A stretch of DNA of 64,000 bases from Candidatus Bathyarchaeia archaeon (GCA_035529595.1 DATKWK010000017.1:29384-93383), one strand, 5' to 3'. Counted from the first letter of the stretch, positions 28,499-38,088 are shown. The notes: a model not told the origin generated them from the sequence alone. Program-made: numbers and translations.

Positions 28499-29992
28499 TT
28501 ATTGCCGTCTAAGTTTGAACCTAGCTTTAAAATGCCTTAAAGGCAAATCGCGCCCATAGACGACATCAACGGGTGGGATTTTATCTCTTTCCTTGTATAA
28601 ATTCTTGACCGCTTCAACCACCGAATCCAAATCTTGTTTCTCATAACGGAGCCGGGGAACCGCAAACCTGACAAAGTTAACTTCAGGAAATGTCTCTTTT
28701 CCGGTTTCTTGATCATACGAACCAAAAGCAAAATAGCCCAGTTCACAAGCTCGATGGCCATAAGCCGCTAACAGAACGGCAGTAAAGGCAATCCCACCAA
28801 AATCATCAGGCTTCATTTTGGTGCCGGCAAAAAATCTGTTTACATCCAAATAAACTGCGTGGCCGCCAATCGGGGTTAGCACCGGTACACCCTGTTGCCG
28901 CATACCTTCGCCGAACTCTCGAATCTGATTGATCCGATAATCAAGATATTTTTCCCCAACGACCGTCCTTAATCCGACTGATAAAGTCATAATATCCCGT
29001 CCTGAAAGCCCGCCGTAGGTGGGGTGGCCTTCTTTAATAATTTGATAATTCATCAAGGCATCGGGAAGCCGTGGATATTTTTTAACAAACAATCCACCGT
29101 CCTTCAGAAAGATCCCTCCGCCCATATTGGCCAACCCGTCTTTTTTAAAACTTATCGTAAAACCATCAACCTGGGAAAACATCTCCTGAACAATTTCACT
29201 GATCTTCTTATTTTTATAACCCCGTTCAAATTTCTTAACAAACCAGGCATTCTCAGCAAAACGGCAGGCATCAAAAAACAAAGGAATTCCGAATCTATGC
29301 GAGAGCTCGGAAACCGTTTTGATATTTTCCATTGAAACCGGCTGGCCACCGCCCTTATTATTGGTAATCGTCAAATAAACGAGTGGTATTTTATGGCGCA
29401 TCTTTTTCAAAAGCCTTCCAAATTTGACTAGGTTCATATTACCCTTAAAATGCGAACTGGAATTCTGGTCTAATAACTCGGAAGAAAAAAGACTTAGGGC
29501 TTGTATCTTGTTAGTTTCAATATTGGCCTCGGTCGTATCAAAATGCCCATTACTGGGAATGGCCAGGCCTGTCCCAAGTCTGCCTAAGGCAGTGAAAAGA
29601 GCATCTTCGCTCGGCCTGCCTTGATGAAAAATAAAAGCGTTCGGCCGATTGGCCGTGGGGTGGTTAAAAAACATCTCGCCAAAGGTTTCTTTGATCTGTT
29701 TCATCAGTAAAAAATAACCTTTGTTTGAGCCATAAGCCTCGTCGCCTAAATGAAGAGCTGCCCATTGCTCATTCGTCATTGTGGTTGTGCCCGAATCTGA
29801 TAAAAAATCACCACCGGTAATCATCTCCGAAGGAAAAAAGAAGACATTCGAACCAACCGCTTCAAGCATTTTTGCCCGGTCCTTAGCCGAGTAAATACCT
29901 TTAAATTCCACCGAATGATTAAAGTACGGTCTGGCTTTGACCGTCAGTTTTTCTTCAGGTAAGAAAGTATCAATCACGGTAGTCAGCTGCAT
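28499..29992 (-). CDS. tnaA: Tryptophanase-like PLP beta-eliminating lyase
   Basis: DFLSDSGT, GDEAY, HQGR, FDTT, DACRFAENA, PLP Lys in SFKKDG, YGGLSGRD, GGHAVY, C-terminal LRHF. Confidence 0.78.
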   Translation of the reverse strand: MQLTTVIDTFLPEEKLTVKARPYFNHSVEFKGIYSAKDRAKMLEAVGSNVFFFPSEMITGGDFLSDSGTTTMTNEQWAALHLGDEAYGSNKGYFLLMKQIKETFGEMFFNHPTANRPNAFIFHQGRPSEDALFTALGRLGTGLAIPSNGHFDTTEANIETNKIQALSLFSSELLDQNSSSHFKGNMNLVKFGRLLKKMRHKIPLVYLTITNNKGGGQPVSMENIKTVSELSHRFGIPLFFDACRFAENAWFVKKFERGYKNKKISEIVQEMFSQVDGFTISFKKDGLANMGGGIFLKDGGLFVKKYPRLPDALMNYQIIKEGHPTYGGLSGRDIMTLSVGLRTVVGEKYLDYRINQIREFGEGMRQQGVPVLTPIGGHAVYLDVNRFFAGTKMKPDDFGGIAFTAVLLAAYGHRACELGYFAFGSYDQETGKETFPEVNFVRFAVPRLRYEKQDLDSVVEAVKNLYKERDKIPPVDVVYGRDLPLRHFKARFKLRRQ

Positions 29993-30084
29993 TTCCCTCC
30001 TTTAAAAATTTATTACCAGGCGGCGAACCATTAACGCTGTCAGAACCTATTTCCTACATATCCCCCGGTCTGTATCTATGCCAG

Positions 30085-30240
30085 TTAAGAATAAGGGTAC
30101 TTACATTGATATCCTGGGAAACATTCTTTAAACCATTGGGGTGGTTTTCCACAAACTTGACCAGGTAAAGCGTATTTTAACAAAACATACCCCATTATTA
30201 ATAAAAACATTAATACAATAACAAAGAATAATTTCTTCAT
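30085..30240 (-). CDS. Small membrane-anchored Cys-rich protein (51 aa), possibly frameshift-truncated
   Basis: MKKLFFVIVLMFLLIMGYVLLKYALPGQVCGKPPQWFKECFPGYQCKYPYS*; below the ORF-track cut-off. Confidence 0.55.
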   Translation of the reverse strand: MKKLFFVIVLMFLLIMGYVLLKYALPGQVCGKPPQWFKECFPGYQCKYPYS

Positions 30241-30262
30241 AATTTAATCAAATTTGATTCTG

Positions 30263-30349
30263 CGGAGAGGGCGGGATTCGAACTCGCGTGGGAATTACTT
30301 CCCCCAAGCTTTTCGAGAGCTGGCCGTTAAACCACTCCGGCACCTCTCC
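30263..30349 (-). tRNA. tRNA-Ser(CGA)
   Basis: AGCT-CTCGAAA-AGCT anticodon arm, long variable arm, GGAGAGG/CCTCTCC acceptor; one T-stem mismatch. Confidence 0.9.
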
Positions 30350-30401
30350 ATTCGTCAAAAACAAATACTAATCTCGATTGATTATTTACATCAATTTGTA
30401 G

Positions 30402-30475
30402 TGCGCCTGAGAGGATTCGAACCTCTGACCTTCTCCTCCGCAGGGAGACGCTCTTATCCCCTGAGCTACAGGCGC
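30402..30475 (-). tRNA. tRNA-Arg(GCG)
   Basis: TCTCC-CTGCGGA-GGAGA anticodon arm. Confidence 0.95.
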
Positions 30476-30677
30476 GCAATTTATCCTTATTCTATCACGC
30501 ACGACTCAATCTTTCCAAAGAAAGATATCCCCTCGATTATAAATAGAGATATAAAAAATATCATCGCCAACTTCCGATCAAACGTAATAGCCTTTTTTTT
30601 CAATTTTTGAGCTTATAAAACGGGGTAAAAAAAATTAGTCAAAATTAGCTGCATTTAGCAAACTATCTCTATAAGAA

Positions 30678-31238
30678 TTATTGTGAAGAGGGTTTTTCAA
30701 GAGGAATTTTCGTCGATAACCAATTAGTCGCTTTCTCAAGCCAACTTAGTTTAACTTCCTCATAATTTAAAAAGCGGGAAAGAAGCCGATTTATCTCTTC
30801 TTCTTTTTGCATACCTAAAAGAAGAATTAAGGTACCGGGAAACTGAAAGGGAGTCCTGATATTGAGAACTTTTTCTCCCCATTGCTCGCCGAACCAAAAG
30901 ATTCCTAATTCATCCCAGCTGTAATTTTTACCGCTTGTGGAGATCCCCTTGTTAGTAATCTGATGTTCAGTTTCTTCAGGTGGAACGGTGGAAAGAATAT
31001 AAACAAAAAATAAAAGCGCAATAATGGCAATGATTAGAAACCATTCCTTCAAAAAAAACAGAATAACGCCGAAGAGAAAGGCAATTGCTACGGCAGTAGA
31101 GTAAAATTCCTTATTTCTTTTTTTAAAGGGTCTGACCGGCGCTTTCCAAGTTAAAAGCAATTCTCTTTTGACCCCTCTTTCTGTCTCAATCTTTTCCTTT
31201 TTAAGAGTTGTGACTGAAGCTCTCTTTTCAGCCGCCAT
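30678..31238 (-). CDS. Conserved CPR-type membrane protein (2 TM + PH-like domain)
   Basis: LLTWKAP.RPFKKR, two TM helices, ITNKGI..YSWDEL; GGAGG RBS. Confidence 0.8.
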   Translation of the reverse strand: MAAEKRASVTTLKKEKIETERGVKRELLLTWKAPVRPFKKRNKEFYSTAVAIAFLFGVILFFLKEWFLIIAIIALLFFVYILSTVPPEETEHQITNKGISTSGKNYSWDELGIFWFGEQWGEKVLNIRTPFQFPGTLILLLGMQKEEEINRLLSRFLNYEEVKLSWLEKATNWLSTKIPLEKPSSQ

Positions 31239-31338
31239 ATCAGCCCTCCTTGATTTAGTGTAAACAATAATTTTTAAAAAGGCAAGCAGGAGTTTTTCCC
31301 GACCCTGAGGATTAAAGTCAAACTTCGTAAAACACCAG

Positions 31339-31424
31339 CGGAAGGGGCGAGATTCGAACTCGCGAGTCCCTTACAGGACACTGGTTCTCAAGACCAGCGC
31401 ATTAAACCGCTCTGCCACCCTTCC
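31339..31424 (-). tRNA. tRNA-Ser(TGA)
   Basis: CTGGT-CTTGAGA-ACCAG anticodon arm, long variable arm. Confidence 0.95.
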
Positions 31425-31523
31425 AAAAATAGAGTTTATTTTCCCAATATTTTCTCTAAGAAACGGTCAGCTCCTTCCCTATGCAAACTTTGACGTATCT
31501 TAAAATACCGGGGGCTAAAATTG

Positions 31524-31611
31524 CGGAGGAGGTGGGATTCGAACCCACGTGAGCCTTTCAGCTCATCGGTTTAGCAAACCGACGCAATGGACCAAACTAT
31601 GCGACTCCTCC
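31524..31611 (-). tRNA. tRNA-Ser(GCT)
   Basis: TCGGT-TTGCTAA-ACCGA anticodon arm, long variable arm. Confidence 0.95.
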
Positions 31612-31638
31612 AATAAATTAATTATAGCAAACCTATAT

Positions 31639-32334
31639 TTACCTAGCCATTGTCATCCCCCAAACTCTAACAGCTTTAGTCTTTTTGAGAACCCGGGCAC
31701 ACTCTTTAATAGTTGAACCAGTTGTCCAAACGTCATCAAATAAGATAAATTTTGAATTGGGAATTCTAAGTTTTAAAATCGGGTTGATCTTAAAAGCCCC
31801 CCGAATATTAGCATACCGGTCTTTTATCTCTCTAATCTCTGCTTGCGGCTGGGTATATTTACGCCGTATCAAGACTTGACCATTAAATCTTAAATTCAAC
31901 ATCCCGGCTATTTTCTCCCCCAAAATTTGTGCTTGATTAAAACCGCGCCATCTTTCTCTTCGGAAATAAAGCGGAACCGGTGTTAAAATCCAACTACCGT
32001 CAAATTTGGGGAAAAATCTGCCTTGGCCTTCCCGAAAATGCTTGATTATCAGGTTAACCATTTCTTCAGCCAAATCAGTAATGAATCTGTACTTTAGTTT
32101 TTTAATCGCCTGCTGGATCATTCCTTCATATTTAAAAACAGTCACCAAACCGTCAAGAGAAAATACCCCTCGACATTGCGTGTGGATGGCACCATAAATC
32201 GAAGACCGAAAACAAAAAGGACAAACCGAAGCCTTAGGTGGCTTAACTGACGGAAGACAACCAGAACAAAAATATCGACCAACTTTGTTGCAGCCTAAAC
32301 ACCGACGAGGAAAAGGAAAATCCAACCAACCCAT
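31639..32334 (-). CDS. comF: ComF family competence protein (Zn ribbon + PRTase fold)
   Basis: FP..CLGC..CSGC..CPFC, RGFNQA, LFDDVWTTGST. Confidence 0.92.
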   Translation of the reverse strand: MGWLDFPFPRRCLGCNKVGRYFCSGCLPSVKPPKASVCPFCFRSSIYGAIHTQCRGVFSLDGLVTVFKYEGMIQQAIKKLKYRFITDLAEEMVNLIIKHFREGQGRFFPKFDGSWILTPVPLYFRRERWRGFNQAQILGEKIAGMLNLRFNGQVLIRRKYTQPQAEIREIKDRYANIRGAFKINPILKLRIPNSKFILFDDVWTTGSTIKECARVLKKTKAVRVWGMTMAR

Positions 32335-32387
32335 CGATTCATCTTATCACCAAATTGCCCCACCGATTAGGCAAGGCAATTTCCAGG

Positions 32388-32774
32388 TGGAGACGCCCGG
32401 ATTTGAACCGGGGTCCGAAATTACTTTTTAACAACTTCTACAAGCTTAGTCGACCTTTAATTTTCGCTTCAATCTGATCCAGCCGACGGGAATATTGAAG
32501 CTAAGGCTATTTAAGACTTGGTTCCGCCAGTTTAGCCAAACCGGCGGGATTGTATCCTGGCTTCATTCATGCCCGCCAGATTCCACCAGGAAAGAACCTT
32601 GCGGACAGCATCAATGCCCTGAGCTAGGCATATACGTAAGCATACGCACCACTATCGGCATATCCGCGATCAACATTCTTGTTGACATTTATCTATTGAT
32701 CCTGTTTTAACACTTAGAATCAAAGTGTGCTTGCTGTTGTTAAAGAGCAGATTCCGTCGAAACCTTTCGTCCCC
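32388..32774 (-). ncRNA. ssrA: tmRNA
   Basis: 5' GGGGACGAAAGGTTTCGACGG; 3' GACCCCGGTTCAAATCCGGGCGTCTCCA; G3-U70 pair; internal tag ORF 32686-32624; directly downstream of smpB. Confidence 0.95.
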
Positions 32775-32819
32775 AAGATAACCTAATTTTATATGAAAAG
32801 GGCCAAAAAATCAATATTT

Positions 32820-33254
32820 TCACTTTTTTAACTCTCTTTTGACTTCCCTTTGCAAGTCTCTTCTTCTGATCGTCTCCCTTTTATCCCATCTCTTCTTGCC
32901 TTTTGCCAAAGCGATTTCCAGCTTAATCCTTCCTTTCTTGGTGTAACAACTCACCGGTACCAGAGTTAAATTCTTAGCTTCCATTTTCTTGGCCAAACTT
33001 AAGATCTCTTTCTTATGTAACAGGAGCCGACGACTTTTTTTTGAATCGTAATCTTGATCACCGGCATATTTATAGGGCGGTATATGGGCATTAACCAGAT
33101 AAGCGCCATCGTCAGTGAGACGGACAAAACTCTCCTCCATCTTGATTTTGTTTTCTTTAACAGACTTCACTTCAGCTCCAGTCAAAACAATACCGGCTTC
33201 GATTCTTTCAAAGAGCTGGTAATCGTAGTTAGCCCGACGGTTATAGACCTTCAT
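32820..33254 (-). CDS. smpB: SsrA-binding protein
   Basis: NRRANYDY, EAGIVLTGAEVKS, RLLLHKKEI, GKKRWDKRE. Confidence 0.97.
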   Translation of the reverse strand: MKVYNRRANYDYQLFERIEAGIVLTGAEVKSVKENKIKMEESFVRLTDDGAYLVNAHIPPYKYAGDQDYDSKKSRRLLLHKKEILSLAKKMEAKNLTLVPVSCYTKKGRIKLEIALAKGKKRWDKRETIRRRDLQREVKRELKK

Positions 33255-33302
33255 GAATTTAACTTTAAGTTCTTTTCGTAAAAAACTGTGATTGCCTATT
33301 AA

Positions 33303-35264
33303 TCATTGTTTAATCTTTATCTCGTATATTTTGCTCCCCCCGAGAAGCCAAACTTTACTCATCTTTTCTGAAACAACAAAATCGTCAATGAGCATTTGCG
33401 AAGACCAAATATACTGACAGCGATATTCACCATTTTTACTCAGAACAACAATTCGCCGGTTATCCTGATCCAAAATATAAAGATTTTCTTGATCCATATC
33501 GGTATAAATGCGCCCTATTGAAGAAAAAGGTTTATCTAAACCGGCAATTCCGAAAGGATCGGTAAAACCTTGGGTGAACTTTAGGATTTTTCCTCCTTGT
33601 TTGTAGATCCAAACCGAACCGTTTATCGACATCGAAACCGAACCGGCAAGATCATCCTGGTTACCTTTTGCCCAAGATTGCTTAGCACCAAAACCGCCCT
33701 CAATAACCGGATACCGAAAAAGGCCGGCATTCTTTGAATCAAGCAGGTAAAGATTACCAAAATATGCCCTAAGATCCACTACTTCTCCCCATGTTTGGTC
33801 CCATTCGACAATAACCCGAGGTTGATCATCATTAATGACTTGTTCGATTATGCCTTTTTTTGTCAAGACAAATATTTTATCGTCCGAAACTGCCAACTGA
33901 GATGCTCCCTCGAAACTGTCTCCACCGGCCAGTATCTTACCTTTCTTATTCTCGGTTCCAATCCCATAGACTGCTTTATTCTCATCCAACACAATCAAAT
34001 TATCTCCTAATAAAGCCAATTCTTTGCCCATACCTCCTTCTTTAACTATCTCTAAGTCAAAAAAAAGAGGTAAATCTGCTAAATTATATTCTCTTAAAAG
34101 TAACTTCATTGTTTCTTCAATTTGTTTTTTTAACCCGGATATTGTTTGATTATCTTTTTCTTCCGGCTTAAAGCCGCCTGCCAATTCCCAAGCTTCGGAT
34201 AACAATTGACGGGACCGGATGGGATTAAGTTCAACGAGATTTTTTCCTTCATTGATTTTCGATTCGATCTCTGCTAAAAGCGTTCTGATTTCAGTTTTAT
34301 GCTGTAAAGTCCTTTTTTGTCTTACTCCAAAAACAATACTGGCAGCCAAAAGTAAAATTGAGATAACGCCAATGCGCAAAAAAGGCAAAGACCTCTTTTT
34401 CCGTTCCTCAGGAGAAATTCTACCCAAGTATATCTGCCCGCCTCTGATCCTTTTTGAAAATAAGGCCCGAACAGTCTTTACGGAAATTACTAATTTTGTT
34501 TTCAAATTAGCCAAAGCCGTGAGTTTTTTAGGCTTCGAAGAAGGTTTTTCGGTTTCTTTTTTATCGATAACTGGCGATTTCTGCCCAGTGAGAAAAGGTT
34601 CTTTAAAATGGTCAGAAGCTTCATTCGTTGTTAACTTAATCTGGGCGATAACACCGACCGCAGCGCTCGAATCTTTTTTACCGTAAACAATTGGCGCTAA
34701 GGATTCGGCTACCTCCTCGACACCGCTACCTGATAAGGCTGCTTTGATCACCCCTTCGGCAACGTTTAACCAAAAATCACTGCTGGCTAATAATAGGAAA
34801 TCTCCTTCTTGTAAATAACCGCTAGAAGAGTTTAGTTCTCCCGATCTTCCCCGACAAACTACGGAAAGTAAGTCACCTCGCCCTAACATTGCTTTACCTG
34901 CGCCGTAAATTACTAAATAAACCAATTCTTCCCAAAAGACGGCGACGGCTATTTCCACCGTAAAGCCATCGGTAATTTCCCTGGCTACTTTTAAAACAGA
35001 CTTTTTAAGGTGTTCTAAAATCCCGTCCTCAACTTCCCCATAATATTCCTCATGGAGACGGGCGATTATCTCTCGGCCATAGAGAACCATTTCTTTATCC
35101 CGGTTATCTCCAGTTATCTTTTTCCCCAGAGAGATAGCTGCCAATAGCTGACCGCGCTTCTTGATTTTTATTTCCTCATCGGGAAGAAAACTATGGACTT
35201 GAGACCAAGAGAAACCAGTTGAAGTTCCGACAATTTTACCGATCTCGATTTGGTATCGATTCAT
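33303..35264 (-). CDS. Membrane protein: degenerate PP2C-like N-terminus, TM, beta-propeller C-terminus
   Basis: LQEGDFLLLASS, central TM, repeated NLYLLD/LYILD/VWLL blades. Confidence 0.7.
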   Translation of the reverse strand: MNRYQIEIGKIVGTSTGFSWSQVHSFLPDEEIKIKKRGQLLAAISLGKKITGDNRDKEMVLYGREIIARLHEEYYGEVEDGILEHLKKSVLKVAREITDGFTVEIAVAVFWEELVYLVIYGAGKAMLGRGDLLSVVCRGRSGELNSSSGYLQEGDFLLLASSDFWLNVAEGVIKAALSGSGVEEVAESLAPIVYGKKDSSAAVGVIAQIKLTTNEASDHFKEPFLTGQKSPVIDKKETEKPSSKPKKLTALANLKTKLVISVKTVRALFSKRIRGGQIYLGRISPEERKKRSLPFLRIGVISILLLAASIVFGVRQKRTLQHKTEIRTLLAEIESKINEGKNLVELNPIRSRQLLSEAWELAGGFKPEEKDNQTISGLKKQIEETMKLLLREYNLADLPLFFDLEIVKEGGMGKELALLGDNLIVLDENKAVYGIGTENKKGKILAGGDSFEGASQLAVSDDKIFVLTKKGIIEQVINDDQPRVIVEWDQTWGEVVDLRAYFGNLYLLDSKNAGLFRYPVIEGGFGAKQSWAKGNQDDLAGSVSMSINGSVWIYKQGGKILKFTQGFTDPFGIAGLDKPFSSIGRIYTDMDQENLYILDQDNRRIVVLSKNGEYRCQYIWSSQMLIDDFVVSEKMSKVWLLGGSKIYEIKIKQ

Positions 35265-35271
35265 CTTAAAG

Positions 35272-35523
35272 TTAAAGTAAAATCATAGCAAGCAAGAAAA
35301 CAATAATAGTAGCCAAAAAATACAGCCAGGCAATCGTTTTTAACGGACCTTGGGATTTGCCATTCAGAGATCGTCCCATTAAACCTACCTGCCTAACGAT
35401 CATCACGGAAAACCCAATATAAAAGAAAAGGCCAATTAAAATCGCAATTTTAACCAGATTCCAAACTTGCAGACGGAGACCGGTCAGCTGGTTAATTAAC
35501 TGGGTAAAAAAACTCTCAGGCAT
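35272..35523 (-). CDS. Small 2-TM membrane protein (DUF5657-like)
   Basis: YIGFSVMIVRQVGLM motif between two TM helices. Confidence 0.7.
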   Translation of the reverse strand: MPESFFTQLINQLTGLRLQVWNLVKIAILIGLFFYIGFSVMIVRQVGLMGRSLNGKSQGPLKTIAWLYFLATIIVFLLAMILL

Positions 35524-35528
35524 TATTT

Positions 35529-36188
35529 TTATCTCGCCCTTCCCTCTAATTTTTCAATTTCTTCTTCGCTAATTAATTCGCGCAATATTTTAGCAACCCG
35601 ACCCGGATCGGGAACATTGTAAAATTCAAAACGGGCTTGTTCGGCCGCTGTCTGAATAAAAACGTCACCAAAATTAAAAAGATTTCTTAAGAACCCGCCG
35701 ACCCTATAAGTCACATCTTGAATATCTTCGGTTTTGGCATCGGATATTTCTTTATAAATCAAACCATAAAAATCAAAATCGATAATCCGTTCATCAGTAA
35801 TAATGAAGACGTTGAAAAACCAACCCAAAAAATGCTGAAAAATAAATCCTCCTAAGAATAAGTACCAAAGTAGAATAGCCATTACCTTAAATCTTAGGGG
35901 AAGAAAACCAAAAGGCAAGAGAATAAGCAAAAATCCGGGTAAAACCGTAAGCAGTACACTAAGAGCAACCCAACCGATATTAGTTATCCAGTGATTCCGG
36001 AGAATAAGAATGATCTCTTCGTCTTTTTCCTGAGTTTCAAAACTCCAATTTTTAGGCGCACTAATAAAAGCTGAGAGAGGATGAGCGACCCTGTCTCTCT
36101 TTATCCTCTCAAGCTCACTTTCCGGTGACGGATTCGGTAAAACCTGAGCATTGCGATTATCTGGAGAAGCAATAAAAACATCAGGCAT
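35529..36188 (-). CDS. Bacterial PH-domain membrane protein
   Basis: FETQEKDE..R.HW, IITDERIID, IQDV, NFGDVFIQTA. Confidence 0.85.
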   Translation of the reverse strand: MPDVFIASPDNRNAQVLPNPSPESELERIKRDRVAHPLSAFISAPKNWSFETQEKDEEIILILRNHWITNIGWVALSVLLTVLPGFLLILLPFGFLPLRFKVMAILLWYLFLGGFIFQHFLGWFFNVFIITDERIIDFDFYGLIYKEISDAKTEDIQDVTYRVGGFLRNLFNFGDVFIQTAAEQARFEFYNVPDPGRVAKILRELISEEEIEKLEGRAR

Positions 36189-36229
36189 ATTGTTTCAGGC
36201 TAATTATAAACTCTAATTTCTAAATTTTA

Positions 36230-37987
36230 TCACTTTTTCTCAATATTAAACAAAGGACTACGAATAGCAATATAGCCTGGGGCGCGCAGATTAAAAGCCT
36301 GTTTATATTCCGACCCGGAAATAGTAACCGATCCTTTATTGGTATTTACAACCAGCGAATTCGTCTCGCCATTATTTCCATAATTGATCGTGACCGAAGA
36401 AACAGCCGTAAAAGCTCCACCTAGACTGCCGGCTTTATTCTTAAGCTCTTCTAGCGTATAAGGGTTTCCGTCAACTCCACCGATCGGGCATTGGTTAATC
36501 GTTACCGGCAAAATTCGCTCATCATTACCCACATCTCTTAAAACCTGCCAGGCATTTAAAATATCAGCCATCTCTTCACTCGTCAACCAAGGATGGGAAC
36601 GGTTACATTTAGCTGAATCAGCGGGATAATTTTGGGTAAACCAGCCACTGTAAAACCAAGGCGATCCGGCCTTGCTTTCCCAGCTTCTCGAAGCAAAACC
36701 TGGCCCGCCTTGGCCATCAACCGTATCCCAACTTGAGGTCGTTAAATAACCACCGGCGGTCGATGAATAAAAGGTGGTAACACCTTCGATTACTTGTCCC
36801 CGAGTCGCCTCAACTGCCTGCCGCCACTGGGCCGGCGGATTATCCGCTTTACCTTTATTAAAAACTTGACAGGATTGACTGGTGCAAATCGATCTCCCTT
36901 CAGCCTTATAACGATAAGCATAACTTCTGGCGGCAATTGCCTGGGCTTTTAAGGCCTCCGGATGCCAGCTTGAAGGCATCTCGGCAATACCGAAAAGATA
37001 ATAATTTTCAAAATCCAGGGCACCGTAGCCATCAATCAGAATCGTCCCGCCGGTATCTTTACCAACCGCTGTCTGATTATAGTAATGTCTGAGAATATCG
37101 TCAGTACTTTGACCGGCTTCGGCCCGGCCTTTAGCTCCGTATTGGCTCATGCCTTTCCGGTGTGTCCAAGCGCCGAAAGAAAAGGCGGCAAACCAATCGC
37201 CACCGCCCGGATCGCAATAGGCCGGACTTCCCGGCGGCCCGCTGCAGGGAATGTTACTGATAGGAACCTCGCCGACACTGGTGGTAAACGTTCCTGACCT
37301 GGCGGCCAATAAAGATTGCTGCTTAGCCGTCAATTGGGCAATCTTACCTTTGATGGCCCCGAGATAATTTTCGGTTTTTTCAACTTCTTCTCCCAAAAAT
37401 TGAGTCGCCTTATCAACTTCAATCCGTGTCTTGGCCAACCAAGCCTTATTGTTTTCTAACTTATCTCTATCACTATGAAGCTGTACCAGATTTTGAGAAA
37501 TCTTAATGATTGCCTCCTTGTCTTCGTTAGTGGCCGCTTGGCGATAAGAAAGCTCGCGCGTCAATTGAGAAGCGGTGGTCGACGAAAGCAGTAAAAACAG
37601 CGGAGAGTATTGGCTGCTGCGTTTGTAGTAACTACGCACCCGGAGGTTAAAAACTTCTTCCTGATGTTGTAAAACCGTTTCTCTTTCGACAATATCCGAT
37701 GCCAGCCTGTCTATCTCAGTCTCAGCTACCTGCATCATTCTTTTAAGATCCTCAAGGCGAGCTTTTAAACCGGCTAGTTTTTCTTTGTTCTTTTCATTAG
37801 CAACATCATAAAGTCCCCAAATCTCGCCGCATTCTTCTTTCTTGCGCTGGCATTCCTCAATCGTCTCACAGCTAGCATCATCGCAAGTCGCGGCAAAAAC
37901 AGAATCATTATTAAAATTACTGGTAAATAAAATACTGAAAACTGAGATAACCAAACCTAGAAAAAGCAGTATCTTTAGAGGTTTCAT
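36230..37987 (-). CDS. SpoIID/LytB-domain peptidoglycan hydrolase with N-terminal coiled coil
   Basis: H.KGMSQYGA, AEMPSSW..EALKAQAIAARSYA, CTSQSCQVF; signal peptide. Confidence 0.88.
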   Translation of the reverse strand: MKPLKILLFLGLVISVFSILFTSNFNNDSVFAATCDDASCETIEECQRKKEECGEIWGLYDVANEKNKEKLAGLKARLEDLKRMMQVAETEIDRLASDIVERETVLQHQEEVFNLRVRSYYKRSSQYSPLFLLLSSTTASQLTRELSYRQAATNEDKEAIIKISQNLVQLHSDRDKLENNKAWLAKTRIEVDKATQFLGEEVEKTENYLGAIKGKIAQLTAKQQSLLAARSGTFTTSVGEVPISNIPCSGPPGSPAYCDPGGGDWFAAFSFGAWTHRKGMSQYGAKGRAEAGQSTDDILRHYYNQTAVGKDTGGTILIDGYGALDFENYYLFGIAEMPSSWHPEALKAQAIAARSYAYRYKAEGRSICTSQSCQVFNKGKADNPPAQWRQAVEATRGQVIEGVTTFYSSTAGGYLTTSSWDTVDGQGGPGFASRSWESKAGSPWFYSGWFTQNYPADSAKCNRSHPWLTSEEMADILNAWQVLRDVGNDERILPVTINQCPIGGVDGNPYTLEELKNKAGSLGGAFTAVSSVTINYGNNGETNSLVVNTNKGSVTISGSEYKQAFNLRAPGYIAIRSPLFNIEKK

Positions 37988-38088
37988 TCTTAAGTAAAAG
38001 TATACCATTAGGCTATTCAACGCACAACTTACAAAATCTATTAATCGACTCTTGCTTAGCAGATTATCATTATGCTAGACTGGAGAAA

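Noticed and set aside
30085-30240. TnaC-like leader peptide upstream of tnaA
   Set aside because: The ORF has a TM helix and a Cys pattern; Trp-to-stop spacing and the terminal residue do not match TnaC (W12...P24-stop).
30254-30610. 118-aa + strand ORF
   Set aside because: Antisense shadow of tRNA-Ser(CGA) and tRNA-Arg(GCG).
32495-32710. 71-aa + strand ORF
   Set aside because: Antisense to tmRNA.
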